From an uncultured Alphaproteobacteria bacterium (GTDB lineage Bacteria; Pseudomonadota; Alphaproteobacteria; Rhizobiales; Kaistiaceae): DNA of 64,000 nt. Shown here one piece after another: positions 17,153 through 25,101 of this stretch (positions are counted from its first letter, which is position 1; every line of letters starts with the position of its first letter). Made by a program: the position numbers and the translations under genes. Under the pieces are notes generated by a model that saw only the letters and a program-made list of their open reading frames with translations, was not told the origin of the DNA and did no database searches. The stretch covers positions 90,499 through 154,498 of the forward strand of contig CAVWYO010000009.1 of assembly GCA_963759235.1 (NCBI GenBank). The letters are read 5' to 3'.

Positions 17153-18648
17153 GACGCCGCCCCGGTGATCAGGTCCATGTAGGCCCTGGCCGAGGTCGTC
17201 GCCACGGTTGCCCGCGGCAGGTAGGGATAGACCGTCAGGTCGAGCCGCGGCGGTCGCCGCTCGATCCGGCACAGCACCAGGTGCTTGACTGCGTCGAAGC
17301 CGATCGTGCCGCGGGCCATCGCCTCCCTGATTCCGGCGACCACATCGTCGCGGCGGAAGGTCTCCAAAAGACGCAGGACCTGGACGAACTCCCGTTTGCC
17401 GCGCTTGCCCATCCGCGCTTCGAGGAGCCGGCGGAACACGGTAAACTCTTCGGGCAGATCCCAGCCGACCAGCGGCGCCGCCTGATCGAGGGCGCCGATC
17501 TTCTGTTCGAGCAGCGCCAGGTAGTGCAGCGGGTCGAAGACAAAGTCCTCCCGCTCGTAGGAACGGGCATGCCGGGCGATGATCTCGGCGCCGCACGAGA
17601 TCACCACCTTGTCGACATAGCCACGGATCATAACCTCGCGATGGCCATAGGCGGTCGGCACCGAGTAGTCGGTGCCGCGATAGCGTACCAGCGACAGTGA
17701 ACTGACCCGGCCGATCCTCTTCTCGCAGGCGTCGTAGGCTGTCGCCGGCAGGTCGTGGAAGACCGCAAGGTCGCGCGCTAGCCGCTCACCGATCGTCTCT
17801 TGATGACCGCGCAGCCGATCGCCGAGCCGGCGGCGGCAGTCGTCGACCAGCTTCGCGTTCAGCCCCGCAAAGCTCGCCGCCCGTGGCATCGGCACCAAAA
17901 GGTTCCGCCGGATCCAGCCAACCAGTCCCTCGACCTTGCCTTTATCGTTGCCCTTGCCGGGGCGGCCGAAGCGATCATCAAACAGGTAGTGCGATTGCAA
18001 CTCGCTGAAAACCCGCGTCCGCTGTCGTGTTCCGTCACCCAGAATCCGGGCCACGGCGATCCTGGTGTTGTCATAGAGGACCGACTGCGGCACACCGCCG
18101 AAGAACGCGAAGGCCGCCGTGTGGCCGGCGCAAAACGCTTCCGTCGTCTCCGCCGGATAAGCCTGCACAAAGCAGGCATCGCTGTGCGGCAGGTCAAACG
18201 CGAAGAAGTGGATCTTCTGTTCCACCCCGCCGATCTCGGCCAGCGCTTCCCCAAAGTCGGCCTGGGCGTGTCCCGGCTCATGGCTGAGCGGTACGAACAC
18301 CTCCCGCTGCCGAAGGCGGCGATCGTGCACGTAATCCTTCACGATCGTCAGCCCGCCGGCAAAGCCGTGCTCGTCTCGAAGACGCTCGAAGATCCGCTTC
18401 GACGTGTGACGTTGCTTCGCCGGACGGCTCTTATCCTCCTCAAGAATCCGGTCGATGATCCCGATGAACGGGTCCAGCTTCGGGCGCGTCGGCGGCTTGC
18501 TCCGCCGGTAACCCGGCGGCACCGAGAACACCATCATCTTGGAAACCGTCCGAGGGTCGATCCCAAACCGCCGCGCCGCCTCGCGCTGGCTCAATCCCTC
18601 AATCTGCACCGCATAGCGAACCCGTCCGTAGAGCTCCACGCCCTTCAT
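17149..18648 (-). CDS. istA: IS21-family transposase IstA (499 aa)
   Basis: MKGVELYGRVRYAVQIEGLSQREAARRFGIDPRTVSKMM (HTH) followed by a DDE region (...QADFGEA...FFAFDLPHSDACFVQAYPAETTEAF...LYDNTRIAV...). The start is taken at ATG 18648. Confidence 0.9.
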   Translation of the reverse strand: MKGVELYGRVRYAVQIEGLSQREAARRFGIDPRTVSKMMVFSVPPGYRRSKPPTRPKLDPFIGIIDRILEEDKSRPAKQRHTSKRIFERLRDEHGFAGGLTIVKDYVHDRRLRQREVFVPLSHEPGHAQADFGEALAEIGGVEQKIHFFAFDLPHSDACFVQAYPAETTEAFCAGHTAAFAFFGGVPQSVLYDNTRIAVARILGDGTRQRTRVFSELQSHYLFDDRFGRPGKGNDKGKVEGLVGWIRRNLLVPMPRAASFAGLNAKLVDDCRRRLGDRLRGHQETIGERLARDLAVFHDLPATAYDACEKRIGRVSSLSLVRYRGTDYSVPTAYGHREVMIRGYVDKVVISCGAEIIARHARSYEREDFVFDPLHYLALLEQKIGALDQAAPLVGWDLPEEFTVFRRLLEARMGKRGKREFVQVLRLLETFRRDDVVAGIREAMARGTIGFDAVKHLVLCRIERRPPRLDLTVYPYLPRATVATTSARAYMDLITGAAS

Positions 18649-18760
18649 CCCCCGCCCCCTGCCGACTCCAGGCAAAAGGCTATCTGCTGCCGGATTTTTA
18701 CTCCGGCGCAACCGGACAATCCGGCCGCTTCACTGAGGGATTTTGTCTCCGGCGCTTACA

Positions 18761-19729
18761 GACGCCCATGACCGGGCCTTCGCCTTCTTCAAGGGCACCT
18801 GCACCCGCGGCATCTACGACAACATGAAGACGGCCGTGGAGACGATCTTCGTCGGCAAGGAGCGCGCCTATAACCGCCGCTTCCTGCAGATGTGCGGGCA
18901 TTATCTGGTCGACCCGGTCGCCTGCACGCCGGCATCGGGCTGGGAGAAGGGGCAGGTCGAGAACCAGGTCGGCAATATCCGTGAGCGCTTCTTCACGCCT
19001 CGCCTTCGGGTGAAGAGCCACGATGAGCTAAACGCCTGGCTCCTCGATCGCTGCATCGGCTACGCCAAGGCGCATCGCCATCCGGAGTTCAAAGACCGCA
19101 CCGTCTTCGAGGTGTTCGAAGAGGAACGGCCGAGCCTGGTTCCTTATGCCGGTCGCTTCGACGGCTTCCACGCGGTGCCGGCGTCGGTGTCCAAGACCTG
19201 CCTGGTGCGCTTCGACAACAACCGCTACTCGGTCACCGCCAGTGCCGTCGGCCGCCCAGTCGAGATCCGCGCCTATGCCGATCGCATCGAGCTGCGCCAG
19301 GAAGGGAGGCTGGTCGGCGAGCATGCCCGATCGTTTGGCCGGGACCAGACCGTCTACGACCCCTGGCACTATGTACCGGTTTTGGCCCGCAAGCCCGGGG
19401 CCCTGAGGAACGGCGCTCCCTTCAAGGATTGGCTGCTGCCGTCGGCGATGGAACGCGTGCGGCGCAAACTCGCCGGCTCCGCAGATGGTGACCGCCAAAT
19501 GGTCAAGATCCTCAGCGCGGTTCTGACCGACGGCTTGCCCGCGGTCGAAGCCGCCTGCACTGAGGCGCTGCGCGAGAGTGTCTACTCCGCTGACGTCATC
19601 CTCAACATCCTCGCCCGGCAACGCGAGCCGGTCACCCCGATCACGGTCATGACCCCGGAGGCGCTGCGGCTCAGGCACGAGCCCGATGCCGACTGCGCCC
19701 GTTACGACAGGCTGAGGAGGGCCGAGTGA
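18761..19729 (+). pseudogene. istA: IS21-family transposase IstA of element B, 5'-truncated (C-terminal ~322 codons)
   Basis: It begins directly at the element A boundary with DAHDRAFAFFKGTCTRGIYDNMKTAV..., which corresponds to about residue 180 of a full IstA (compare EAFCAGHTAAFAFFGGVPQSVLYDNTRIAV in element A). Confidence 0.85.
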
Positions 19730-20457
19730 TGGAGCGTTCCGAGATCCTGACCGCCATGGGTGAACTCAAGCTCTACGGCATGAAGAGCGCCTTCGACGAG
19801 ATCATCGCCGTCGCCGTCAAGCGCCAGCACGAGCCCCAGCGCATCGTCGGTGACTTGCTCACCGCCGAGATCGCCGAGAAGCAGGCCCGCTCGATCAAGT
19901 ACCAGATCACCACCGCCAAGCTGCCGCTGGCCAAGGACCTCGACGACTTCGTCTTCGACGGTACCCCAATCAACGAGACCCTGGTCCGCGACCTCGCCGG
20001 CGGCGAGTTCCTTGCCCACCAGCGCAACGTCGTCCTCGTCGGCGGCACCGGCACCGGAAAGACCCACCTCGCCATCGCCATTGCCCGCGCCTGCATCCGC
20101 GACGGTGCCCGCGGTCGCTTCTTCAATGTCGTCGATCTCGTCAACAAGCTCGAGGCCGAGGGGCGGGCCGGTAGGCAAGGACGCATGGCGGACTACCTGT
20201 CCCGAAAGAACTTCCTCATCCTCGATGAGCTCGGCTATCTGCCGTTTGCCCAGTCCGGCGGCCAGCTCCTCTTCCACCTGATCAGCCGGCTCTACGAGCA
20301 GTCCTCCGTCATCGTCACCACCAACCTCGCCTTCGGCGAATGGCCCAGCGTCTTCGGTGACGCCAAGATGACGACCGCGCTCCTCGATCGCCTCACTCAT
20401 CATTGCGATATCGTCGAAACCGGCAACGAAAGCTGGCGCTTCAAGAACCGCGCCTGA
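19729..20457 (+). CDS. istB: IS21-family helper ATPase IstB of element B
   Basis: [25 protein letters not shown]...; Walker [10 protein letters not shown]; Walker [17 protein letters not shown] lies 8 nt upstream; the start overlaps the istA stop (GTGATG). Confidence 0.9.
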   Translation: MERSEILTAMGELKLYGMKSAFDEIIAVAVKRQHEPQRIVGDLLTAEIAEKQARSIKYQITTAKLPLAKDLDDFVFDGTPINETLVRDLAGGEFLAHQRNVVLVGGTGTGKTHLAIAIARACIRDGARGRFFNVVDLVNKLEAEGRAGRQGRMADYLSRKNFLILDELGYLPFAQSGGQLLFHLISRLYEQSSVIVTTNLAFGEWPSVFGDAKMTTALLDRLTHHCDIVETGNESWRFKNRA

Positions 20458-20573
20458 TCTATCCGCAGCCGCTCGCTCGCTACGGCGCTCCTGATGGCGC
20501 GCTTACTCGCGGCTGCTACCGCGGGGTCAAAATTGGGCGCCGATCCGGGGTCAACATTCGAGGCCGATTGACA

Positions 20574-20579
20574 GGTCGG
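20574..20579. repeat. target-site duplication GGTCGG (right copy) of the outer IS21-family element
   Basis: See 16169..16174. Confidence 0.75.
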
Positions 20580-21002
20580 ACGGTAACGCGAAAAGTTGCG
20601 AACAACCACAGAAGATTGCAGCAAGTCGCGGGTCATGTGTACGAACATTAAGGCGGGAAGCGATGCGACTCGACGAGGAGTCGAGCTGGCCGATGCCCGT
20701 TTTGAGGGATCGCCCAACCGTCCCTAAGGATACATCCAGGTGACAGACCGGGAACTGGCCCAATTCAACGATCTGGAGGCACTCTGCGATCTCATCCTGT
20801 CCACCACCTTCGGTCGCCGAAGAGACGCGGGCCGGCCGGTATTCGCTGCGCATGCGGGCGCGGCGCGCGCAGGGAAGATCGCCGATGATCTCTTCCAGGC
20901 CCTGCAGGCTCATTCCTCCATCGAACCGCGCCATTTGAGTCGGGTCGACAGGTTACGCACCCGCAGTTGTTAGGTTAATTGTTAGGGTATGATACCGAGT
21001 CT

Positions 21003-21030
21003 TCAAAAATACACATTTAATATCAATGTG
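21003..21030 (-). terminator. AT-rich hairpin plus T-run just downstream of tRNA-Ser
   Basis: The minus strand reads CACATT-GATATTA-AATGTG followed by TATTTTTG, 15 nt after the tRNA 3' end. The stem is short and AT-rich. Confidence 0.45.
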
Positions 21031-21044
21031 ATAGTGAATTGTGC

Positions 21045-21134
21045 TGGCGGAGAGGGAGGGATTCGAACCCTCGGAACGCTTGCGCGCTCAACGGTTTTCG
21101 AGACCGCCCCGTTCGACCACTCCGGCACCTCTCC
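21045..21134 (-). tRNA. tRNA-Ser, anticodon CGA, 90 nt with long variable arm and encoded CCA
   Basis: Reverse complement: GGAGAGGTGCCGGAGTGGTCGAACGGGGCGGTCTCGAAAACCGTTGAGCGCGCAAGCGTTCCGAGGGTTCGAATCCCTCCCTCTCCGCCA. Acceptor GGAGAGG/CCTCTCC; anticodon stem GCGGT/ACCGT; loop CT-CGA-AA; T-arm GAGGG-TTCGAAT-CCCTC. Confidence 0.95.
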
Positions 21135-21346
21135 GTCTGGCGGCCCCTTGGGCGCGCGGACCATACACGAGCCCCGCCGGTCGGAACAAGGCAAGAGATG
21201 GGGGCCGGCAACGCCCCATGCAAACCGGCCGGGCGCGAAAGCGGAGACCGTTCCGCCCGAGTTGGGCCTTCGCTCCAGCCCTTTGATCTTTTCACGTTTC
21301 CCGGGCGGAGCGCGCGCCCCCGCTCGCCCGAGAATGCTCCGGCCGA

Positions 21347-23068
21347 TCAGCCGATCGGGCCGCCGCGCGGATGCTTGCGGAGAAAATCGAAATCGCAGCC
21401 GTCCTCGGCCTGGAGCACCTGGTCGAGGTAGAGCTTGAGATAGCCGCGATCGGCGCCCGGCATCGCCGGCGGCCGCCATTTCGCCCGTCGCTCGGCAAGG
21501 GTCGTTTCACGGACGAGGAGGTCGATCCGCCCCGCCTCGACGTCGAGGGTGATCTGGTCGCCGTCCTCGACCAGCGCCAGCGGCCCGCCGACCGCCGCCT
21601 CTGGGCTGATATGGAGGACGATGGTGCCGAAGGCGGTGCCGCTCATCCTGGCGTCGGAGATGCGGACCATGTCCTTGACGCCGGCCGCCGCGAGCTTCTT
21701 CGGGACAGGGATGTAGCCGGCCTCGGGCATCCCCGGCGCACCCTTCGGACCGGCATTCTTGAGGACGAGAATGTCGTCGGCGGCGACGTCGAGGTCGGGC
21801 GAATCGATCCGCTCGGCGAGGTCGGCGAGCGAGCCGAAGACCACGGCCCGGCCGGTATGTTTCAGGAGCGCCGGCGTGGCGGCCGACTGCTTGATCACCG
21901 CGCCGTTCGGCGCGAGGTTGCCGGCAAGCATGCGGATGCCGCCGCCCTGGTGGACCGGATCGGCAAGCGGGCGCACCACCTCCTGCGGCCAGGGGGAAGG
22001 CGCGGCGGCGATGTCCTCGCCGAGGGTGCGGCCGCTGACCGTCGGGGCGCTCGTGTCGAGCATCGCCTCGATCTCGCGGAGGACCGGCGTCAGGCCGCCG
22101 GCCTTGTCGAGGTCCTCCATATAGTGCCGGCCTGAAGGCTTGAGGTCGACCAGCACCGGGGTCTCGGCGCCCATCCGGTCGAAAGCGGCGAGGTCGATGT
22201 CGATGCCGAGCCGGCCGGCGATGGCGGCGAGGTGGATCAGCCCGTTGGTCGAGCCGCCGATCGCCTGCAGCACCCGCAACGCATTGGCGAAGGCCGCCTC
22301 GGTCATGACGGCGCTTGGCCTCAGCCCTTCGGCGGCAAGCGCCACGGCGCGGGCGCCGGTCGCTTCCGCGTGGCGGAGCCGGTCGGCATTGACCGCCGGG
22401 ATCGCCGCGCCGCCGGGCAGCATCATGCCGAGCGCCTCGGTCAACAGCGCCATGGTGCTCGCCGTGCCCATCACCATGCAGGTGCCGGGGCCGGGGGCGA
22501 GCTTGCCGCCGATCTCCTCGGTTTCGGCCGCGCTCAGCTTGCCGGCGCGGTGCATCGCCCAGAAGCGCCGGCAGTCGGTACAGGCGCCCAGCCTTTCGCC
22601 CCGGTAGCTGCCGGTGATCATCGGGCCGGTGACTTCCATGATCGCCGGCACGTCGGCGCTCGCCGCCGCCATCAGCAGCGCCGGCACGGTCTTGTCGCAG
22701 CCGCCGATCAGCACCACCGAATCCATCGGCTGGGCGCGGATCATCTCCTCGGCGTCCATCGCCATCAGGTTGCGCAGGAACATCGAGGTCGGATGGGCGA
22801 AGGATTCGTGGATCGAGATGACGGGGAAGGGGATCGGCAGGCCGCCGGCGAGCATGACGCCGCGCTTGATCGCCTCGATCAGGTCGGGGACGTTGCGGTG
22901 GCAGGCGTTGTAGCCGGAGAAGGTGTCGGTGATGCCGACGATCGGACGGTCGAGGGCCGAATCCGAATAGCCCATCGCCTTGATGAAAGCCTTGCGCAGG
23001 AACAGCGAAAACTCGGCGTCACCGTAATTGGTGAGGCCTTTCCTCATGCCGGAGGACGTGTCGGTCAT
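21347..23068 (-). CDS. IlvD/Edd-family dehydratase (dihydroxy-acid or sugar-acid dehydratase), 573 aa
   Basis: The start is set at ATG 23068 (MTDTSSGMRKGLTNYGDAEFSLF...). Family motifs: CDKTVPALLMAA, PGPGTCMVMGTASTM, AIGGSTNGLIHL, RMSGTAFGT. The 104 listed upstream codons look non-coding. Confidence 0.85.
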   Translation of the reverse strand: MTDTSSGMRKGLTNYGDAEFSLFLRKAFIKAMGYSDSALDRPIVGITDTFSGYNACHRNVPDLIEAIKRGVMLAGGLPIPFPVISIHESFAHPTSMFLRNLMAMDAEEMIRAQPMDSVVLIGGCDKTVPALLMAAASADVPAIMEVTGPMITGSYRGERLGACTDCRRFWAMHRAGKLSAAETEEIGGKLAPGPGTCMVMGTASTMALLTEALGMMLPGGAAIPAVNADRLRHAEATGARAVALAAEGLRPSAVMTEAAFANALRVLQAIGGSTNGLIHLAAIAGRLGIDIDLAAFDRMGAETPVLVDLKPSGRHYMEDLDKAGGLTPVLREIEAMLDTSAPTVSGRTLGEDIAAAPSPWPQEVVRPLADPVHQGGGIRMLAGNLAPNGAVIKQSAATPALLKHTGRAVVFGSLADLAERIDSPDLDVAADDILVLKNAGPKGAPGMPEAGYIPVPKKLAAAGVKDMVRISDARMSGTAFGTIVLHISPEAAVGGPLALVEDGDQITLDVEAGRIDLLVRETTLAERRAKWRPPAMPGADRGYLKLYLDQVLQAEDGCDFDFLRKHPRGGPIG

Positions 23069-23315
23069 GGCTGGGGCTGGTTTGCGTGACGTTTTGACCA
23101 ATGTCGGCGAGACCTTCGCGGCTCCCCGGCCGAGGGCCGGGTCGCGCCTCAGGATGGCTGGGCAGGTGTCTTCCGCAAGCGATTCAGGCAAAAGCTCAAC
23201 GGCGGGACCAGCCAGGCCATCCCGCAGCGCTTCCGGTGAAGCGGAGCCGCGAAGGACGCACCGACGGCCGATGTCATAGGTGATCGCGGAAGGCCTGTCG
23301 ATTCCGGCCGGCGCG

Positions 23316-25076
23316 TCAGACCGCCTTTTCGGCAACCGGCTCGGTGCTGCCGGCGCTGCCGTCGCTACGCTCGACCGCATAGACGTTGAGCGGGGCGCTC
23401 TTTCCCTTGACCCGGATCGGCTCCATCGCCGTCAGCTTGAAGGCGGTCGCGGCGCCGATCTGCCCGGCGACGGCGTCGGAGACGATGGTCTGCTGCGGCG
23501 CGGCATAGGAGCAGAGCCGGGCGGCGAGGTTCACGTGGTCGCCGAGCACGGTGTAGTCCATGCGCTGTTTCGAGCCCATGGCGCCCATCACCACCTCGCC
23601 CATGTCGACGCCGATGCCGATGTCGAGGCCCCATTCGGGGTGCTCGCTCGCCTGCTCGACCATCACGTCCTGAATGGCCAGCGAGCAGGCGACGGCGTCG
23701 GCGGCCATGTTCTCCCCCTGGAAGACCGCCATGATCTGGTCGCCGACGAACTTGTCGATGTCGCCGTGGTGCTCGGCGACGAGGTCGGCCTGTCGCTGGA
23801 AGTAGTGGTTCAGCACCTCGACGACCAGCTCCGGGTCGCGCGATTCGGCGAAGGAGGTGTAGCCGCGGATGTCGGCGAAAAGGATCGCCACCTGGCGCCG
23901 CTTGCCGCCGAGCTTGACCCCTTCCTCGTCGGATCGCTGGATGGCGTCGACGGTGCCGGCGGAAACGAACTTGGCGAGCTGGAAGCGCTCGTTGATGTGG
24001 ACGATCATGGTGTTGATGCGCCGGGCAAGGTCGCCAATCTCGTCGCGGCTGTTCACCCCAATGACGCGAGCTTTGAAGTTGCCCTCGCCGACCTCGGTCG
24101 CCGCCACGCCGATCTTGAGGATCGGACGGCTGATGCGGAAGGCGAAGATCACCGCGCCGATCGCCGCGGCGACCAGCCCGACCGCGATCCAGATCGCGAG
24201 GCTCTGGATCATGACGCTGACGGCGAAATAGGCATTGGCTTCGCTCTTCTCGACCAGCACCGCCCAGTCGAGAGACGGGACGAAAGAGAAGGCTCCGAGC
24301 CAGAGCTTTCCATCCGGTCCACTGTAGGATTCGACGGAACTGACCGGCGTGTTCGATGCAAGAAGCGCTTTCGCCTGCTTGACGATCTCGCGGTCGCTGA
24401 GGTCGGCGTTGGCCGGATCGAAAACCCGGTGGCCGGTGCTGTCGACGACGGTGATGGTGCCGGTGCGCTGGAACGGATGGTCGGCGATCGCGGTGGCGAG
24501 GCGCGACAGGTCGATCTTGGCGGAGAACGCCGCGCGCTGCCCGGCGAAAGGAGAATTGAGGGGCAGGAGCAGGGTCGCGAGCCAGGTGTCCGTCTGGGGC
24601 AGATGCGTGACGTCGATCTGGCTGTCCTTTCCCGAGGCGATGAAGGTGTCGATGGTCTCGGGCGGCACACGCAGCACGGTCAGCGGGTCGAGCGAAGCCG
24701 CCTTCAGCCGGTCGGCGAAATCCTGCTGGGTCACCACCGGCGAGAGTTTCGACCCGACGATCGAGATCTGGAGCGCCACGACGTCGGGCAGGTCGGCGAT
24801 GCCGTGGCGAAGCAGGGCGATCTTCTCCTGGGGGCCGAGCGCCGGGTCGTCGACCGCGTTGCGGATGAGCTGGATCGACGCCATCCAGGCATTGTTGATC
24901 TGGGAATCGATCTCGTCGGTAATCTGGCTTGCCGTGGTGACCAGTTGGTCGTTGGCCGAGCTCTTCATCTCGTCGCGGGCGATGCGAATCAGCGACTGCC
25001 CGGCGATGAGCAGCGGGATGATGGCGATGACGACCGCGAAAAGCAGAAGCTTGTTGCGAAGATTAAGCCTCGGCAT
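23316..25076 (-). CDS. receptor-type class III adenylate cyclase: TM - dCache-like periplasmic domain - TM - HAMP - cyclase (586 aa)
   Basis: ATG 25076 (MPRLNLRNKLLLFAVVIAIIPLLIAG = TM1). Cache-like TGTITVVDSTGHRVFDP...LGAFSFVPSLDWAVLVEKSE. TM2 SLAIWIAVGLVAAAIGAVIFAF. HAMP RPILKIGVAATEVGEGNF...IGDLARRINTM. Cyclase motifs VAILFADIRGYTSFAE, DKFVGDQIMAVF, YTVLGDHVNLAARL. Confidence 0.85.
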   Translation of the reverse strand: MPRLNLRNKLLLFAVVIAIIPLLIAGQSLIRIARDEMKSSANDQLVTTASQITDEIDSQINNAWMASIQLIRNAVDDPALGPQEKIALLRHGIADLPDVVALQISIVGSKLSPVVTQQDFADRLKAASLDPLTVLRVPPETIDTFIASGKDSQIDVTHLPQTDTWLATLLLPLNSPFAGQRAAFSAKIDLSRLATAIADHPFQRTGTITVVDSTGHRVFDPANADLSDREIVKQAKALLASNTPVSSVESYSGPDGKLWLGAFSFVPSLDWAVLVEKSEANAYFAVSVMIQSLAIWIAVGLVAAAIGAVIFAFRISRPILKIGVAATEVGEGNFKARVIGVNSRDEIGDLARRINTMIVHINERFQLAKFVSAGTVDAIQRSDEEGVKLGGKRRQVAILFADIRGYTSFAESRDPELVVEVLNHYFQRQADLVAEHHGDIDKFVGDQIMAVFQGENMAADAVACSLAIQDVMVEQASEHPEWGLDIGIGVDMGEVVMGAMGSKQRMDYTVLGDHVNLAARLCSYAAPQQTIVSDAVAGQIGAATAFKLTAMEPIRVKGKSAPLNVYAVERSDGSAGSTEPVAEKAV

Positions 25077-25101
25077 GGCGCGCTTCCGGCGCCTATGGCG
25101 C

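Larger units (their letters stand above)
16257..18760 (-). mobile_element. complete IS21-family element (element A), 2504 bp, nested in element B
   Basis: Left terminus: TGTCAACGCCGGAGCAAAAATGCATC...GCCGGAGTAAAGATGCATC. Reverse complement of the right terminus: TGTAAGCGCCGGAGACAAAATCCC...GCCGGAGTAAAAATCCGG. It encloses overlapping istA/istB (TCATGA junction). No direct repeat flanks it (left flank CGAGCAGA, right flank GACGCCCA). Confidence 0.8.
16175..20573 (+). mobile_element. outer IS21-family element (element B), interrupted and partly deleted by a nested IS21-family element
   Basis: Left end: TGTAACTCGGCGTGCAATTTTGACCCC...GATCGGCGTCCAAAATTGACCCC. Reverse complement of the right end: TGTCAATCGGCCTCGAATGTTGACCCCGGATCGGCGCCCAATTTTGACCCC. 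It is flanked by a 6-bp TSD. Only 82 bp of the left end, a 3' istA portion and an intact istB remain (about 1.9 kb). Confidence 0.8.

Noticed and set aside
20551-20973. ORFs 20551..20934 (-) and 20740..20973 (+) as real genes, including a possible integrase relic
   Set aside because: The two overlap completely on opposite strands with similar GC3. Neither shows a motif I can name with confidence, and the minus ORF's C-terminus is read-through into the IS21 end. I therefore kept this only as a low-interest finding, not a feature.
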